This document shows positions 45,245-53,313 of a stretch of DNA of 64,000 nucleotides, one piece after another; positions within the stretch are counted from its first letter, which is position 1, and each line of letters begins with the position of its first letter. Position numbers and translations under genes: made by a program. The notes below the pieces were generated by a model. That model had not been told where the DNA came from. It saw only the letters and a program-made list of their open reading frames with translations, and did not search any database. The stretch is from Dehalococcoidia bacterium (lineage in GTDB: Bacteria > Chloroflexota > Dehalococcoidia > Lucifugimonadales > UBA1123), in NCBI GenBank assembly GCA_034420955.1, contig DAOUKV010000016.1, positions 10,119-74,118 on the forward strand, written 5' to 3'.

Positions 45245-45296
45245 CATCAGACATAATGAACGGAGACCCAACACAAAAGGAGAAAGTGAACTGGAC

Positions 45297-47756
45297 ATGA
45301 ACGGAAAGTATCTGAAACTGGTTGGACTGTTGATAATACCGGCGCTGCTGCTGTTTGCCATCGCCTGCGGCGGCGATACAGCGCCGGAGCAGCCCGCTCA
45401 GCCCGAGCCGGCCGCGCCCTCGCAGGCTCCGGCGGCTCCGTCAGCAGCGGGGCCGTCAGCTCCGCAGAGTCCGGCGCAGCCCGCCACCCCGGCTCCGGCG
45501 CCCACTGCGGCTTCGGCGACGGCTCCGGCGCCCACCGCGCCATCGACGGGTCGGACGGGTCCGGCGCGGATGACTCAGCCGGTCGCTCAGCCGGCGCCGC
45601 CAGCAGAAAAGCTGGAAATCGTAACGACCAGCAACATCGTTGCCGACTGGGTAAGGGCCGTAGGCCAGGACCGGGTCGAAGTCTTCCCGCTGCTGCCGGT
45701 CAATGCAGACCCGCACACATTCCAGCCGGGCGCGCGGGACATCACCCGCGTCGCCGACGCCGACGCGGTATTCAGCGTCGGGCTGGGACTGGAAGCCGCC
45801 TGGCTGGATGAAATCATCGAGAACGTAGCTGCGGACGCCCCCATCCTAGAGCTCGCCGAACTCGTTGACCCTCTAGACTTCGTCGAGCTAATGGACGAGC
45901 ATGACGACCACATGGACGCTGACGACCACGACGACCACATGGACGCTGACGACCACGACGATCACGAGGAAGTCGAGCTCGCCGGTCGCCTGCTCATCGG
46001 AGACGGCGAGACCGGCATGATGTCCGTTATAGACCTGGAACACGGAGACGTGGAGCAGAACGCCTTCGACATGGGTTCCCGCGCTGGGCGCATCTACGCC
46101 ACCCGTAGCGGGCGCTTCGCCATCGCGGTCGCCAGCGACGCCAATGCCGTTCACGTCTTCGATGGCGGCGTGTACCTCGAAGAACACGGAGACCACTTCG
46201 ATCTGGTGGAAGTTTCGACGCGGCGAATGGGCCTGGACCTGTCCGGAGACAGGCCGGTTCACTTGTACGTCGGCAGCGAGTGGGCATCGGTCTTCTACGA
46301 CGGGTCGGGCGAGATAGTCTTTCTCAACGAACATGAACTGGAAGAAGAGGGCGACGAATACGTACCGCCCACGCTCAACACCGGCGCGCATCACGGCGCG
46401 GCTGTGGAGATGGAAGGCGACCTGTTCGCGGTAACCCTGCAACACCCCGACTACGCATCCAGCCCGGCGGACTACCGCCTGCCGGAGAGCGTAGCCGTGA
46501 TGAACCTGGACGGCCAGAATCTATACCAGGAAGACGGCTGCGAGGGTCTGCACGGGGACGCGGGCAACGGACACATGGCGGTCTTCGGCTGCGTCGGCGG
46601 CGTTCTGTTCGTAGAATCGCACGACGGCGAATACGAAGGCGGATTCATACCCGCGCCCGAGGGATCGTCCGAAGACTTCCGGCTCACCTCCGTCTGGGGC
46701 TACCCTGGCCTGGACCACTTCTTCGCGCTGGGTTCAGCAGTCGGCTTGTACGTCGTCGAACCCGAAGAGGGCGTGATGGAGCAGCTGATACCGGCGTCCG
46801 ATGACCTCAGGCCCATCAACGTAGCGCTCAGCCACGACGGGGAAGCTCTGCTCGTGGTGATGAGCGATGGCCATCTTCACATGTACGAAGCCCACGACCT
46901 GGATCTGCTGGCTTCGGCGCATGACTTCCTGACCGATCCCGTGGAGACGGGCTTCTGGGCGCGTCCCCACGTCGCCACCGCGCCCGGCGCGGTGTTCGTA
47001 ACCGATTCGGTAGGCGGCAAGGTTCTGCAACTCGACGACCACGACTTGGAAACGGTCGAAAGCTGGGACGTCGCCGGCACCCCCACCAAGGTCGCCTTCG
47101 TCGGCATACTGGGCGACGCGGGCGGACATCCGGAAGCGGGTCACGACGCCCACGACGACGACCACGACATGGCCCATGACGACCATGACGACGACCACGA
47201 CGACCATCACGGCCACGCGCACGGCGAACACGACCCGCACTTCTGGTTCGATCCGGTGCGGGTGAAGCAGGCGGTGAACAGCATCTCTGTGCAGCTATCC
47301 TCCATGGATCCGGCCGGGCAGTCCACCTACCGAGCCAACGCTTCCGCCTACATCCAGCAGCTAGACGAGCTACACTCCTGGATCGTAGGGCAGGTGGCGA
47401 CGGTGCCGGAAGGCAACCGCGTGCTGGTAACTTCCCACGACAGCTTCCAGTACTTCGCCCAGCGCTACGGGTTCGAGGTGGCGGGCGCCGTAATCCCGGG
47501 GGTTACGACGGAGGTAGAGCCGTCGGCGCAGGATCTGGCGGAGCTGATCGAAACCATCGAGCACGAGGGCGTTCCCGCCGTGTTCACGGAGACGATAATC
47601 AGCGGCAGGCTGGCGCAGCGCGTCGCAGAGGAGACGGGCGCGAAGCTGGTCGCCGGGCTGTACACCGGCTCACTGAGCGAGCCTGACGGCGATGCCGGCA
47701 CATACCTGGACCTGATGCGCCACGATACGACGATCATAGTCGAGGCGCTGCGCTAG
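45297..47756 (+). CDS. ZnuA/AztC-type zinc ABC substrate-binding lipoprotein with large inserted beta-propeller-like (AztD-like) domain
   Basis: Signal peptide ending in '..AIACGG' and a Pro/Ala linker. ZnuA N-lobe 'IVTTSNIVADWV...NADPHTFQP'. His/Asp-rich tracts at both ends of a ~380-aa insert. ZnuA C-lobe 'HDPHFWFDP...VTSHDSFQYFAQRYG...'. Confidence 0.8.
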   Translation: MNGKYLKLVGLLIIPALLLFAIACGGDTAPEQPAQPEPAAPSQAPAAPSAAGPSAPQSPAQPATPAPAPTAASATAPAPTAPSTGRTGPARMTQPVAQPAPPAEKLEIVTTSNIVADWVRAVGQDRVEVFPLLPVNADPHTFQPGARDITRVADADAVFSVGLGLEAAWLDEIIENVAADAPILELAELVDPLDFVELMDEHDDHMDADDHDDHMDADDHDDHEEVELAGRLLIGDGETGMMSVIDLEHGDVEQNAFDMGSRAGRIYATRSGRFAIAVASDANAVHVFDGGVYLEEHGDHFDLVEVSTRRMGLDLSGDRPVHLYVGSEWASVFYDGSGEIVFLNEHELEEEGDEYVPPTLNTGAHHGAAVEMEGDLFAVTLQHPDYASSPADYRLPESVAVMNLDGQNLYQEDGCEGLHGDAGNGHMAVFGCVGGVLFVESHDGEYEGGFIPAPEGSSEDFRLTSVWGYPGLDHFFALGSAVGLYVVEPEEGVMEQLIPASDDLRPINVALSHDGEALLVVMSDGHLHMYEAHDLDLLASAHDFLTDPVETGFWARPHVATAPGAVFVTDSVGGKVLQLDDHDLETVESWDVAGTPTKVAFVGILGDAGGHPEAGHDAHDDDHDMAHDDHDDDHDDHHGHAHGEHDPHFWFDPVRVKQAVNSISVQLSSMDPAGQSTYRANASAYIQQLDELHSWIVGQVATVPEGNRVLVTSHDSFQYFAQRYGFEVAGAVIPGVTTEVEPSAQDLAELIETIEHEGVPAVFTETIISGRLAQRVAEETGAKLVAGLYTGSLSEPDGDAGTYLDLMRHDTTIIVEALR

Positions 47757-47810
47757 GCTGCCACCGGCCTGCGCGACACATACTGAAGGAGGCTTAGGCC
47801 CTCCAATCGG

Positions 47811-47841
47811 CCCCTTCCTCCACAAGCGAGGAAGGGGCTTT
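47811..47841 (+). terminator. Intrinsic terminator-like hairpin after the ZnuA-like gene
   Basis: CCCCTTCCTC-cacaagc-GAGGAAGGGG followed by CTTT. Confidence 0.55.
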
Positions 47842-47889
47842 GCGGTTCGCGCGCAGCGCGCAGGTTCATCTTTTGGCTAGAAATGTTGA

Positions 47890-47919
47890 TTGACCCTTGC
47901 AAATGCCAAGTGTTAGGAT
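47890..47919 (+). promoter_or_regulatory. Candidate promoter (TTGACC-17/18 nt-TAGGAT)
   Basis: Read directly. About 200 nt upstream of the cupredoxin gene start. Confidence 0.35.
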
Positions 47920-47920
47920 A

Positions 47921-47936
47921 TGTGAAATCAATCACA
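47921..47936. promoter_or_regulatory. Perfect CRP/FNR-type palindrome TGTGA-AATCAA-TCACA
   Basis: Exact match to the TGTGA-N6-TCACA half-site arrangement, immediately downstream of the candidate -10. Confidence 0.35.
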
Positions 47937-48115
47937 GGGTACAGGGCATAGACACAGGGACGGATGGACACGCGGGCGCCAGCAGGCGCCATCGGGTATC
48001 CGACAGACCCAATAGGGCCTGCGTTGGGTTGCGCATACTCAGCGCGTCGAGCGTTGGTCGAGATGTCAGATCGTTCCGGGGTCGCGCGCGGCCTCGACGC
48101 CAGGGGGGGAAACAG

Positions 48116-48580
48116 TTGACGAAACTCGCAGTTGTGGCGTTGCTGCTAGGCATATTCGCGATGGCTTCCGTCGCCTGCGGCCAAGCGGCTCCGACCGGGC
48201 CGTCCGAAACTATCCTCATACGCTCGTCGCCGCCCATCCCCGCGCCGGCGCCCACAAAGGAGCCAGGCGCCGAAGACGTGGGAGAGCGCATCGTTGGCAC
48301 GCCGATCACCGTCAACATGACCGGCGTGGGCACCGCCGCCGATCCGGGCGTGTTTGACCCGGTCAACTTCACGTTCAGCGTCGGAGAGGCGGTCAACTTC
48401 ACGCTCTTCGCAGAGGACGCTTTCCACAGCTTCACCGTCAGCGAACTCGAGATCAACGTAGAAGTCAACGCCGGCGAGTCCGGCGGCTTGGACTTCGTAT
48501 TCGAGGAAGCCGGTACCTACGAGCTAATCTGCGTGCCGCATGAGGCGCTCGGCATGGTCGGCACTATCACCGTACAGTAA
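48116..48580 (+). CDS. Cupredoxin (plastocyanin/azurin-like type-1 copper) lipoprotein
   Basis: TTG start after a GGGGGGGA Shine-Dalgarno. Signal 'LLLGIFAMASVACG'. Copper ligand pattern 'FHSF ... CVPHEALGM' (H...C..H....M). Confidence 0.7.
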   Translation: MTKLAVVALLLGIFAMASVACGQAAPTGPSETILIRSSPPIPAPAPTKEPGAEDVGERIVGTPITVNMTGVGTAADPGVFDPVNFTFSVGEAVNFTLFAEDAFHSFTVSELEINVEVNAGESGGLDFVFEEAGTYELICVPHEALGMVGTITVQ

Positions 48581-48592
48581 AGGCGCTTGACG

Positions 48593-49336
48593 ATGGTGAG
48601 CAGCGCCGCAAGAGCGGCTACGCGAACGCTTAGAGGGTTTCGGGCTTACCAGTGGGCCGGGCTTGCGCTGATCGCGGTATTCTTGGTGGGCGTGCTGGTT
48701 ACGGCATGTTCCGGCAGCAACGATCCCGAGCCTGAGGCCGCGCCCATCCCAACCGTCGCGCCAACGGCGACAGCGGAGCCGACGGCCACTCCCGCGCCGG
48801 GGGAGAACGGCGCGACCGTATCTATCGGAGACTCCACTGTCGCGCGTTACAGGGTGGGAGAAGAGCTGGTGCGCCTCCCCTCCCCAATAGTCGCAGTCGG
48901 CGAGACGTCCGACGTCAGCGGCGCGATCGTGTTCGACGAGAACGGAGCCGTCGTCCCGGACGCCTCGGCGCTGACGGTGAGCATGACCGGCTTCGTAAGC
49001 GACGAGAGCAGGCGAGACGACTGGGTCAGAAGGCAGTTCTCGGGCCAGTTCCCGACCGCCGAGATGACAGTAACCGCCGTCGAGGGTATGCCATGGCCTC
49101 TGCCCGAATCCGGCGGCGCGACTTTCACACTCACCGGCGACATGACCATCATGGGAGCGACAAGCGAGGTGACTTGGGACGTAACGGCCCTGTTCGCGCC
49201 CGGCGCGGTTACGGGCAAGGCTCAGACGGTCGTAACCTTCGAGCAGTTCGAGATGGACAAGCCCTCCCTCCCCTTCATCATCAGCGTCGAAGATGAAATC
49301 GCCCTCGAAATAGATATAGACGCCGCCGTACAGTAA
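48593..49336 (+). CDS. YceI-like domain protein (secreted)
   Basis: TM/signal segment, Thr/Ala/Pro linker, then a YceI-type beta-barrel pattern ('YRVGEEL', 'TFTLTGDMTIMGATSEVTWDV', 'IALEIDIDA'). Confidence 0.7.
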   Translation: MVSSAARAATRTLRGFRAYQWAGLALIAVFLVGVLVTACSGSNDPEPEAAPIPTVAPTATAEPTATPAPGENGATVSIGDSTVARYRVGEELVRLPSPIVAVGETSDVSGAIVFDENGAVVPDASALTVSMTGFVSDESRRDDWVRRQFSGQFPTAEMTVTAVEGMPWPLPESGGATFTLTGDMTIMGATSEVTWDVTALFAPGAVTGKAQTVVTFEQFEMDKPSLPFIISVEDEIALEIDIDAAVQ

Positions 49337-49446
49337 GACGCCGCCGTACGGCTGGCTCTACGCGCGCTTTCGGGGGCGGCGCCCACCTCCCCCGCTTGCG
49401 TCTCGCTCTACGCCCCCAAATCCCCGATACGCGCGGCTGATTTGCG

Positions 49447-49475
49447 TTGACACTGAAAAGGCCCGATCATACACT
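49447..49475 (+). promoter_or_regulatory. Sigma70-like promoter upstream of dnaN (TTGACA-17 nt-TACACT)
   Basis: TTGACA at 49447-49452 and TACACT at 49470-49475. Confidence 0.45.
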
Positions 49476-49552
49476 AGCTAATTACATTAACGGCGCCTTG
49501 TGGCGCAGCGCCGCGCGCCGCCAAATTCCGCAACACATGAAGGTGTGAGACG

Positions 49553-50695
49553 ATGAAGCTATCCTGTCTGCAAGAGAATCTGCGCAACGGTCTGTCTATC
49601 GTGGAGCGCGCCGTCGCAACCAGGACGACGCTTCCGATAACTCAGAACGTGTACATGGCGGCCGAAGGCTCGCGTCTGCGGCTGTCCGCCACCAATCTCG
49701 AAATCGCCATCACCACTTGGGTAGGCGCGCAGGTAGAGGAGGAGGGGGCGGTAACCATCCCCGCGCGGCTGCTGACGCAGTTCGTCAACTCCCTGCCACA
49801 GCAGCGCGTCGATGTTACGCTGGAGGACGAGCCGCTGAGACTGGCTATGAAGTGCGCGCGCTACGAGGCGAACATCAACGGACAGGACGCGGACGACTTT
49901 CCCCCGATTCCGACGGTGGACGAGGGCGCCGTGGGCAGGATGGACGCTGCCGTGATGCGCGACGCGATCCGCCACGTGGCGTTCGCGGCCGCCACGGAGG
50001 ACTCGCGGCCCGTGCTTACCGGCGTCAAGGTCGAGATGTCGGGCAACGACTTTACCTTCGCCGCCGCGGACGGATTCCGCCTTGCCGTTTACGAAGGCAA
50101 GCTGTCCGACCCCGTCCCGGAAGACATCAGCTTCATCGTGCCTGCCAGAACGCTCCAGGAAGTGAACCGGCTGCTAGGCTCGCAGTCCGACCCCGTGGAG
50201 TTCACCGTAACGCCGGCCAAGAGCCAGGCTCTGTTCAGGCTCAGCTCCGTAGAACTGGTATCTCAGCTCGTGCAGGGCACGTTCCCCAACTACCGCCAGC
50301 TTGTGCCGGAGCAATACACCACCCGCGTGGTCATTCCGCGCGAGTCGTTCATGCAGGCGACGCGAGCCGCCTCCACGTTCGCGCGCGACGGCTCCGGCAT
50401 CATCCGGCTCAACATATCGTCGGACGAGCAAGAGGAGGCGGGCAAGATAGCGGTATCGGCGCGCGCCGAGGAGCTTGGCGACTACGAGGGCGAGGTGGAC
50501 GCGCAGGTAGAGGGCGATGAGTCCAAGATAGCGTTCAACAGCCGCTTCCTGACCGACGTCTTGGACGTTCTGGAAGATGGCGACGTGGCGCTGGAGACCC
50601 AGACCGCATCCAGCCCGGGCGTAATCAAGCCCGCCGCCAACCCGAACGGGCACTCCTACACGCACGTGGTCATGCCGATGTTCGTGCAGTGGTAA
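49553..50695 (+). CDS. dnaN: DNA polymerase III beta sliding clamp
   Basis: 380 aa, three-domain clamp. 'LLTGVKVE', 'FAAADGFRLA' and 'NSRFLTDVL'. Confidence 0.9.
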   Translation: MKLSCLQENLRNGLSIVERAVATRTTLPITQNVYMAAEGSRLRLSATNLEIAITTWVGAQVEEEGAVTIPARLLTQFVNSLPQQRVDVTLEDEPLRLAMKCARYEANINGQDADDFPPIPTVDEGAVGRMDAAVMRDAIRHVAFAAATEDSRPVLTGVKVEMSGNDFTFAAADGFRLAVYEGKLSDPVPEDISFIVPARTLQEVNRLLGSQSDPVEFTVTPAKSQALFRLSSVELVSQLVQGTFPNYRQLVPEQYTTRVVIPRESFMQATRAASTFARDGSGIIRLNISSDEQEEAGKIAVSARAEELGDYEGEVDAQVEGDESKIAFNSRFLTDVLDVLEDGDVALETQTASSPGVIKPAANPNGHSYTHVVMPMFVQW

Positions 50696-50729
50696 CAAGC
50701 CGGGCGCTTGACCGGATCTGTGAGGCGCG

Positions 50730-51452
50730 TCATGAAGCGGCGAACGACGCGATTGTCTCTCGCTGCCGCGCCGCTAGTTCCGCGATGCCCTTCTCGGCGA
50801 GATCGAGCAACTCGTTCAGCGTTGTACGCGAGAACGCGCCGCGCTCGGCTGTGCCTTGGGCCTCCACGTACTCGCCGGCGCCGGTCATCACGACGTTGAA
50901 GTCCACCTCGGCGCGGCTGTCCTCGTCGTAGCATAGGTCCAGCATCGGCTCGCCATCCACCACGCCGACACTGGCGGCGGCGATGCCGCTCAAGAACGGC
51001 AGCCGCTCGATGTCGCCGCGTTCCAGCATCCCGGCCACGGCCTGGTGAAGCGCGACATACGCTCCCGTAATCGCGGCCGTTCTGGTTCCGCCGTCGGCCT
51101 GGATGACGTCGCAGTCCACCGTCAGCGTCCGCTCTCCGAGCGCGGCCATATCCACCGCGGCGCGCAGCGAGCGTCCGATGAGACGCTGGATCTCCTGCGT
51201 CCGGCCTCTTGGCGTCGTCTCGCGTCGCGTCCGGGTGTTCGTTGCGCGCGGGAGCATCGCGTACTCAGCAGTAACCCAGCCCAGCCCGGAGCCGCGCCTC
51301 CACCGGGGCGTTCGATCCTCGACGCTCACGGCGCACAGAACGCGGGTATCCCCACAGGCGATAAGGGCGGAGCCTTCGGCGTAGCGCTGAACGCCAAGCT
51401 CGAACGTGGTGAGGCGAAGGGCGTCGTTGGACCGACCGTCGGCGCGGGGCAT
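50730..51452 (-). CDS. rph: Ribonuclease PH
   Basis: '[11 protein letters not shown]', '[14 protein letters not shown]' and '[14 protein letters not shown]'. Confidence 0.9.
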   Translation of the reverse strand: MPRADGRSNDALRLTTFELGVQRYAEGSALIACGDTRVLCAVSVEDRTPRWRRGSGLGWVTAEYAMLPRATNTRTRRETTPRGRTQEIQRLIGRSLRAAVDMAALGERTLTVDCDVIQADGGTRTAAITGAYVALHQAVAGMLERGDIERLPFLSGIAAASVGVVDGEPMLDLCYDEDSRAEVDFNVVMTGAGEYVEAQGTAERGAFSRTTLNELLDLAEKGIAELAARQRETIASFAAS

Positions 51453-51542
51453 GGGGATTATTGGATCCTTTCTGGTCTTGAGGGGCTCGGCGCTATACTA
51501 CCGTGAACGCGCGCAACCCCTAACCTTGCCTGAGTTTACACC

Positions 51543-52313
51543 ATGCCCTACATACAAAGCGACGGCGCCAGGATTCACTACCACGTGGAGGGCGACGGCG
51601 CCCCCATCGTGATGCTCCACGGCTTTAGCGACAGTCTCGCGGACTGGTACGAGGCCGGCTACGTCGCTGCGCTGCGGGACGAATTCAAGCTGATAATGTT
51701 CGACTCTCGCGGGCACGGGCTTAGCGACATGCCGCGCTCGCCGGAGGCGTATACGATGCGCCGCCGCGTCTCGGACGTTCTCGCCGTAATGGACGAGCTA
51801 GACGTCGCCGACGCTCACCTGTGGGGATACTCGATGGGCGGACGCATCTGCTTCTCTATGGCGGAGCGCGCGCCGGAGCGGATACGGTCGCTGATTCTGG
51901 CGGGCATAGACCAGTACGGCACCGATCCTCCCCGTTTCCAGAGGCGCATCCAATACCTGAGCCGCGGTATGGACGCGTACCTCAGCGGCTTCGAGGCTCG
52001 CTTCGGGACGATGGAGCCGCCGACGAAACGCGCCCGCTTCTTGCAAAACGACCATCTGGCGCTGATAGCGGGCAGCATGGACCTGCGCGACAATCACGAG
52101 GGTTACGACAACTTGCTGCCCAAGATGACGATGCCCGTGTTGCTGTACGACGGCGACCGCGACGCCTTCCACGACGGCGCGCGCAGATGCGCCGAGCTGC
52201 TGCCGAACGGACGGTTCGCATCCCTGCCCGGCGAGGACCACGGCGGCACATTCAACCGCAGCGACCTGGCGCTGCCTCTGGTTCGCGGGTTTCTGGGGTA
52301 CCCGGTTTCTTGA
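51543..52313 (+). CDS. Alpha/beta hydrolase
   Basis: 'IVMLHGF' oxyanion region, nucleophile elbow 'GYSMGG', and C-terminal 'GEDHGG' His. Confidence 0.85.
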   Translation: MPYIQSDGARIHYHVEGDGAPIVMLHGFSDSLADWYEAGYVAALRDEFKLIMFDSRGHGLSDMPRSPEAYTMRRRVSDVLAVMDELDVADAHLWGYSMGGRICFSMAERAPERIRSLILAGIDQYGTDPPRFQRRIQYLSRGMDAYLSGFEARFGTMEPPTKRARFLQNDHLALIAGSMDLRDNHEGYDNLLPKMTMPVLLYDGDRDAFHDGARRCAELLPNGRFASLPGEDHGGTFNRSDLALPLVRGFLGYPVS

Positions 52314-52346
52314 CGCGGGCGGATAGTCGGTTACGGGACATGGAGG

Positions 52347-52739
52347 CTATTGCAGCGTCCCTTGGGCATCCGCGTGTTCGCGGTGGGCCAGTTCGATCAT
52401 GACACTGACGAATCTTCGCCCTTCCACGAGGGCTGCGGCTATCTCAGATTCGTTCAGGCGGCCCGTATAGAAGTGATTGTGCAGGGAGCCGCGCGCTACT
52501 CTGAAACCGGATGAGAGTTCGGAATGTAGGCCGTACTTGTCTTGCAGCCTGTTGACGGTTGCAGTCCGGTTCCTGTGCTGCGCGTGCCGGGGTGTGCGGC
52601 GGTGATTTGCGGCGTCGATAGCCTGCACCGAAGCTCCCCAAATCATTTCAGCGGCGGCCATGTCCGCTCCCAAATTCGCAAGAACCTCCTCCATATCCAG
52701 AAATTTGACAGCCGCCGCCATGTGTTCTTCGTAGTTCAT
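52347..52739 (-). CDS. All-helical hypothetical protein (PaREP1/HEPN-like), downstream member of a pair
   Basis: 130 aa. 'AAAEMIWGASVQAIDA' follows the 'a.ekiWGAa..a.ka' pattern of PaREP1-type helical proteins. ATGA overlap with the upstream gene. Confidence 0.5.
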   Translation of the reverse strand: MNYEEHMAAAVKFLDMEEVLANLGADMAAAEMIWGASVQAIDAANHRRTPRHAQHRNRTATVNRLQDKYGLHSELSSGFRVARGSLHNHFYTGRLNESEIAAALVEGRRFVSVMIELAHREHADAQGTLQ

Positions 52740-53143
52740 ACCGCCCCACGTTCCGACCTGACGTGGGATTCCATATGGGCGATGAACGCTTCAACCCCTT
52801 TTTGATGCATCCTGAACTCTAGGTCAATCCACTTAAATTCGGGATACTCCCAGTCATCGGTTTCGGCCTGCTCGCGGTAGCCGTCTGCTACATTGAAGCC
52901 GCCCCAGTGAGTTGGCGGGATAAGGCGATTACCTTCTTCTATGCCATCTAGCCGGAAGATGACCTGCTTGAGATCGTCCAGCGTTTCGCTGGGCCAGCCT
53001 TTGGAGTCGGCGACGGCTACGATGCTTAGCCGGGCAGCCTCCCACATCATGCGGGATCCTTCTCGAAATCGTCCGTCTTCGAAGGCAAGGTCGGCGTCAG
53101 CCAGCAGGGCTTGGGTCTTTTGAGCGCGGTCTTCTGTCAACAT
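52736..53143 (-). CDS. All-helical hypothetical protein (PaREP1/HEPN-like), upstream member of a pair
   Basis: 135 aa from ATG 53143. 'AFEDGRFREGSRMMWEAARLSIVAVADSKGW' has the same helical hairpin pattern as its neighbour. Confidence 0.5.
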   Translation of the reverse strand: MLTEDRAQKTQALLADADLAFEDGRFREGSRMMWEAARLSIVAVADSKGWPSETLDDLKQVIFRLDGIEEGNRLIPPTHWGGFNVADGYREQAETDDWEYPEFKWIDLEFRMHQKGVEAFIAHMESHVRSERGAV

Positions 53144-53313
53144 GGGTATTTCCTGTGGTTGGGTACAAAGTGGATTATAACATACGGAGTCTGCGATCCA
53201 TCGTTCCGAACTTGACGCCCTGAACCCCTTGACGGTTATGATGAACGCAGCGTCCGTCGCCAACATGATGGACGATGCGCTTTTTTACAACCGCGCCGGG
53301 GAGGAACGCGCCC

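Noticed and set aside
45891-45975. Short direct DNA repeats, and the 60341-60769 tandem repeats, considered as a possible CRISPR-like array
   Set aside because: Both lie inside well-supported coding frames (a His/Asp-rich loop and an SBP linker), are contiguous without unique spacers, and have no cas genes nearby.
49337-49552. Possible oriC next to dnaN
   Set aside because: No dnaA gene is adjacent, I could not find TTATCCACA-type DnaA boxes, and there is no AT-rich unwinding element in the 216-nt gap. Only a promoter-like element is present.
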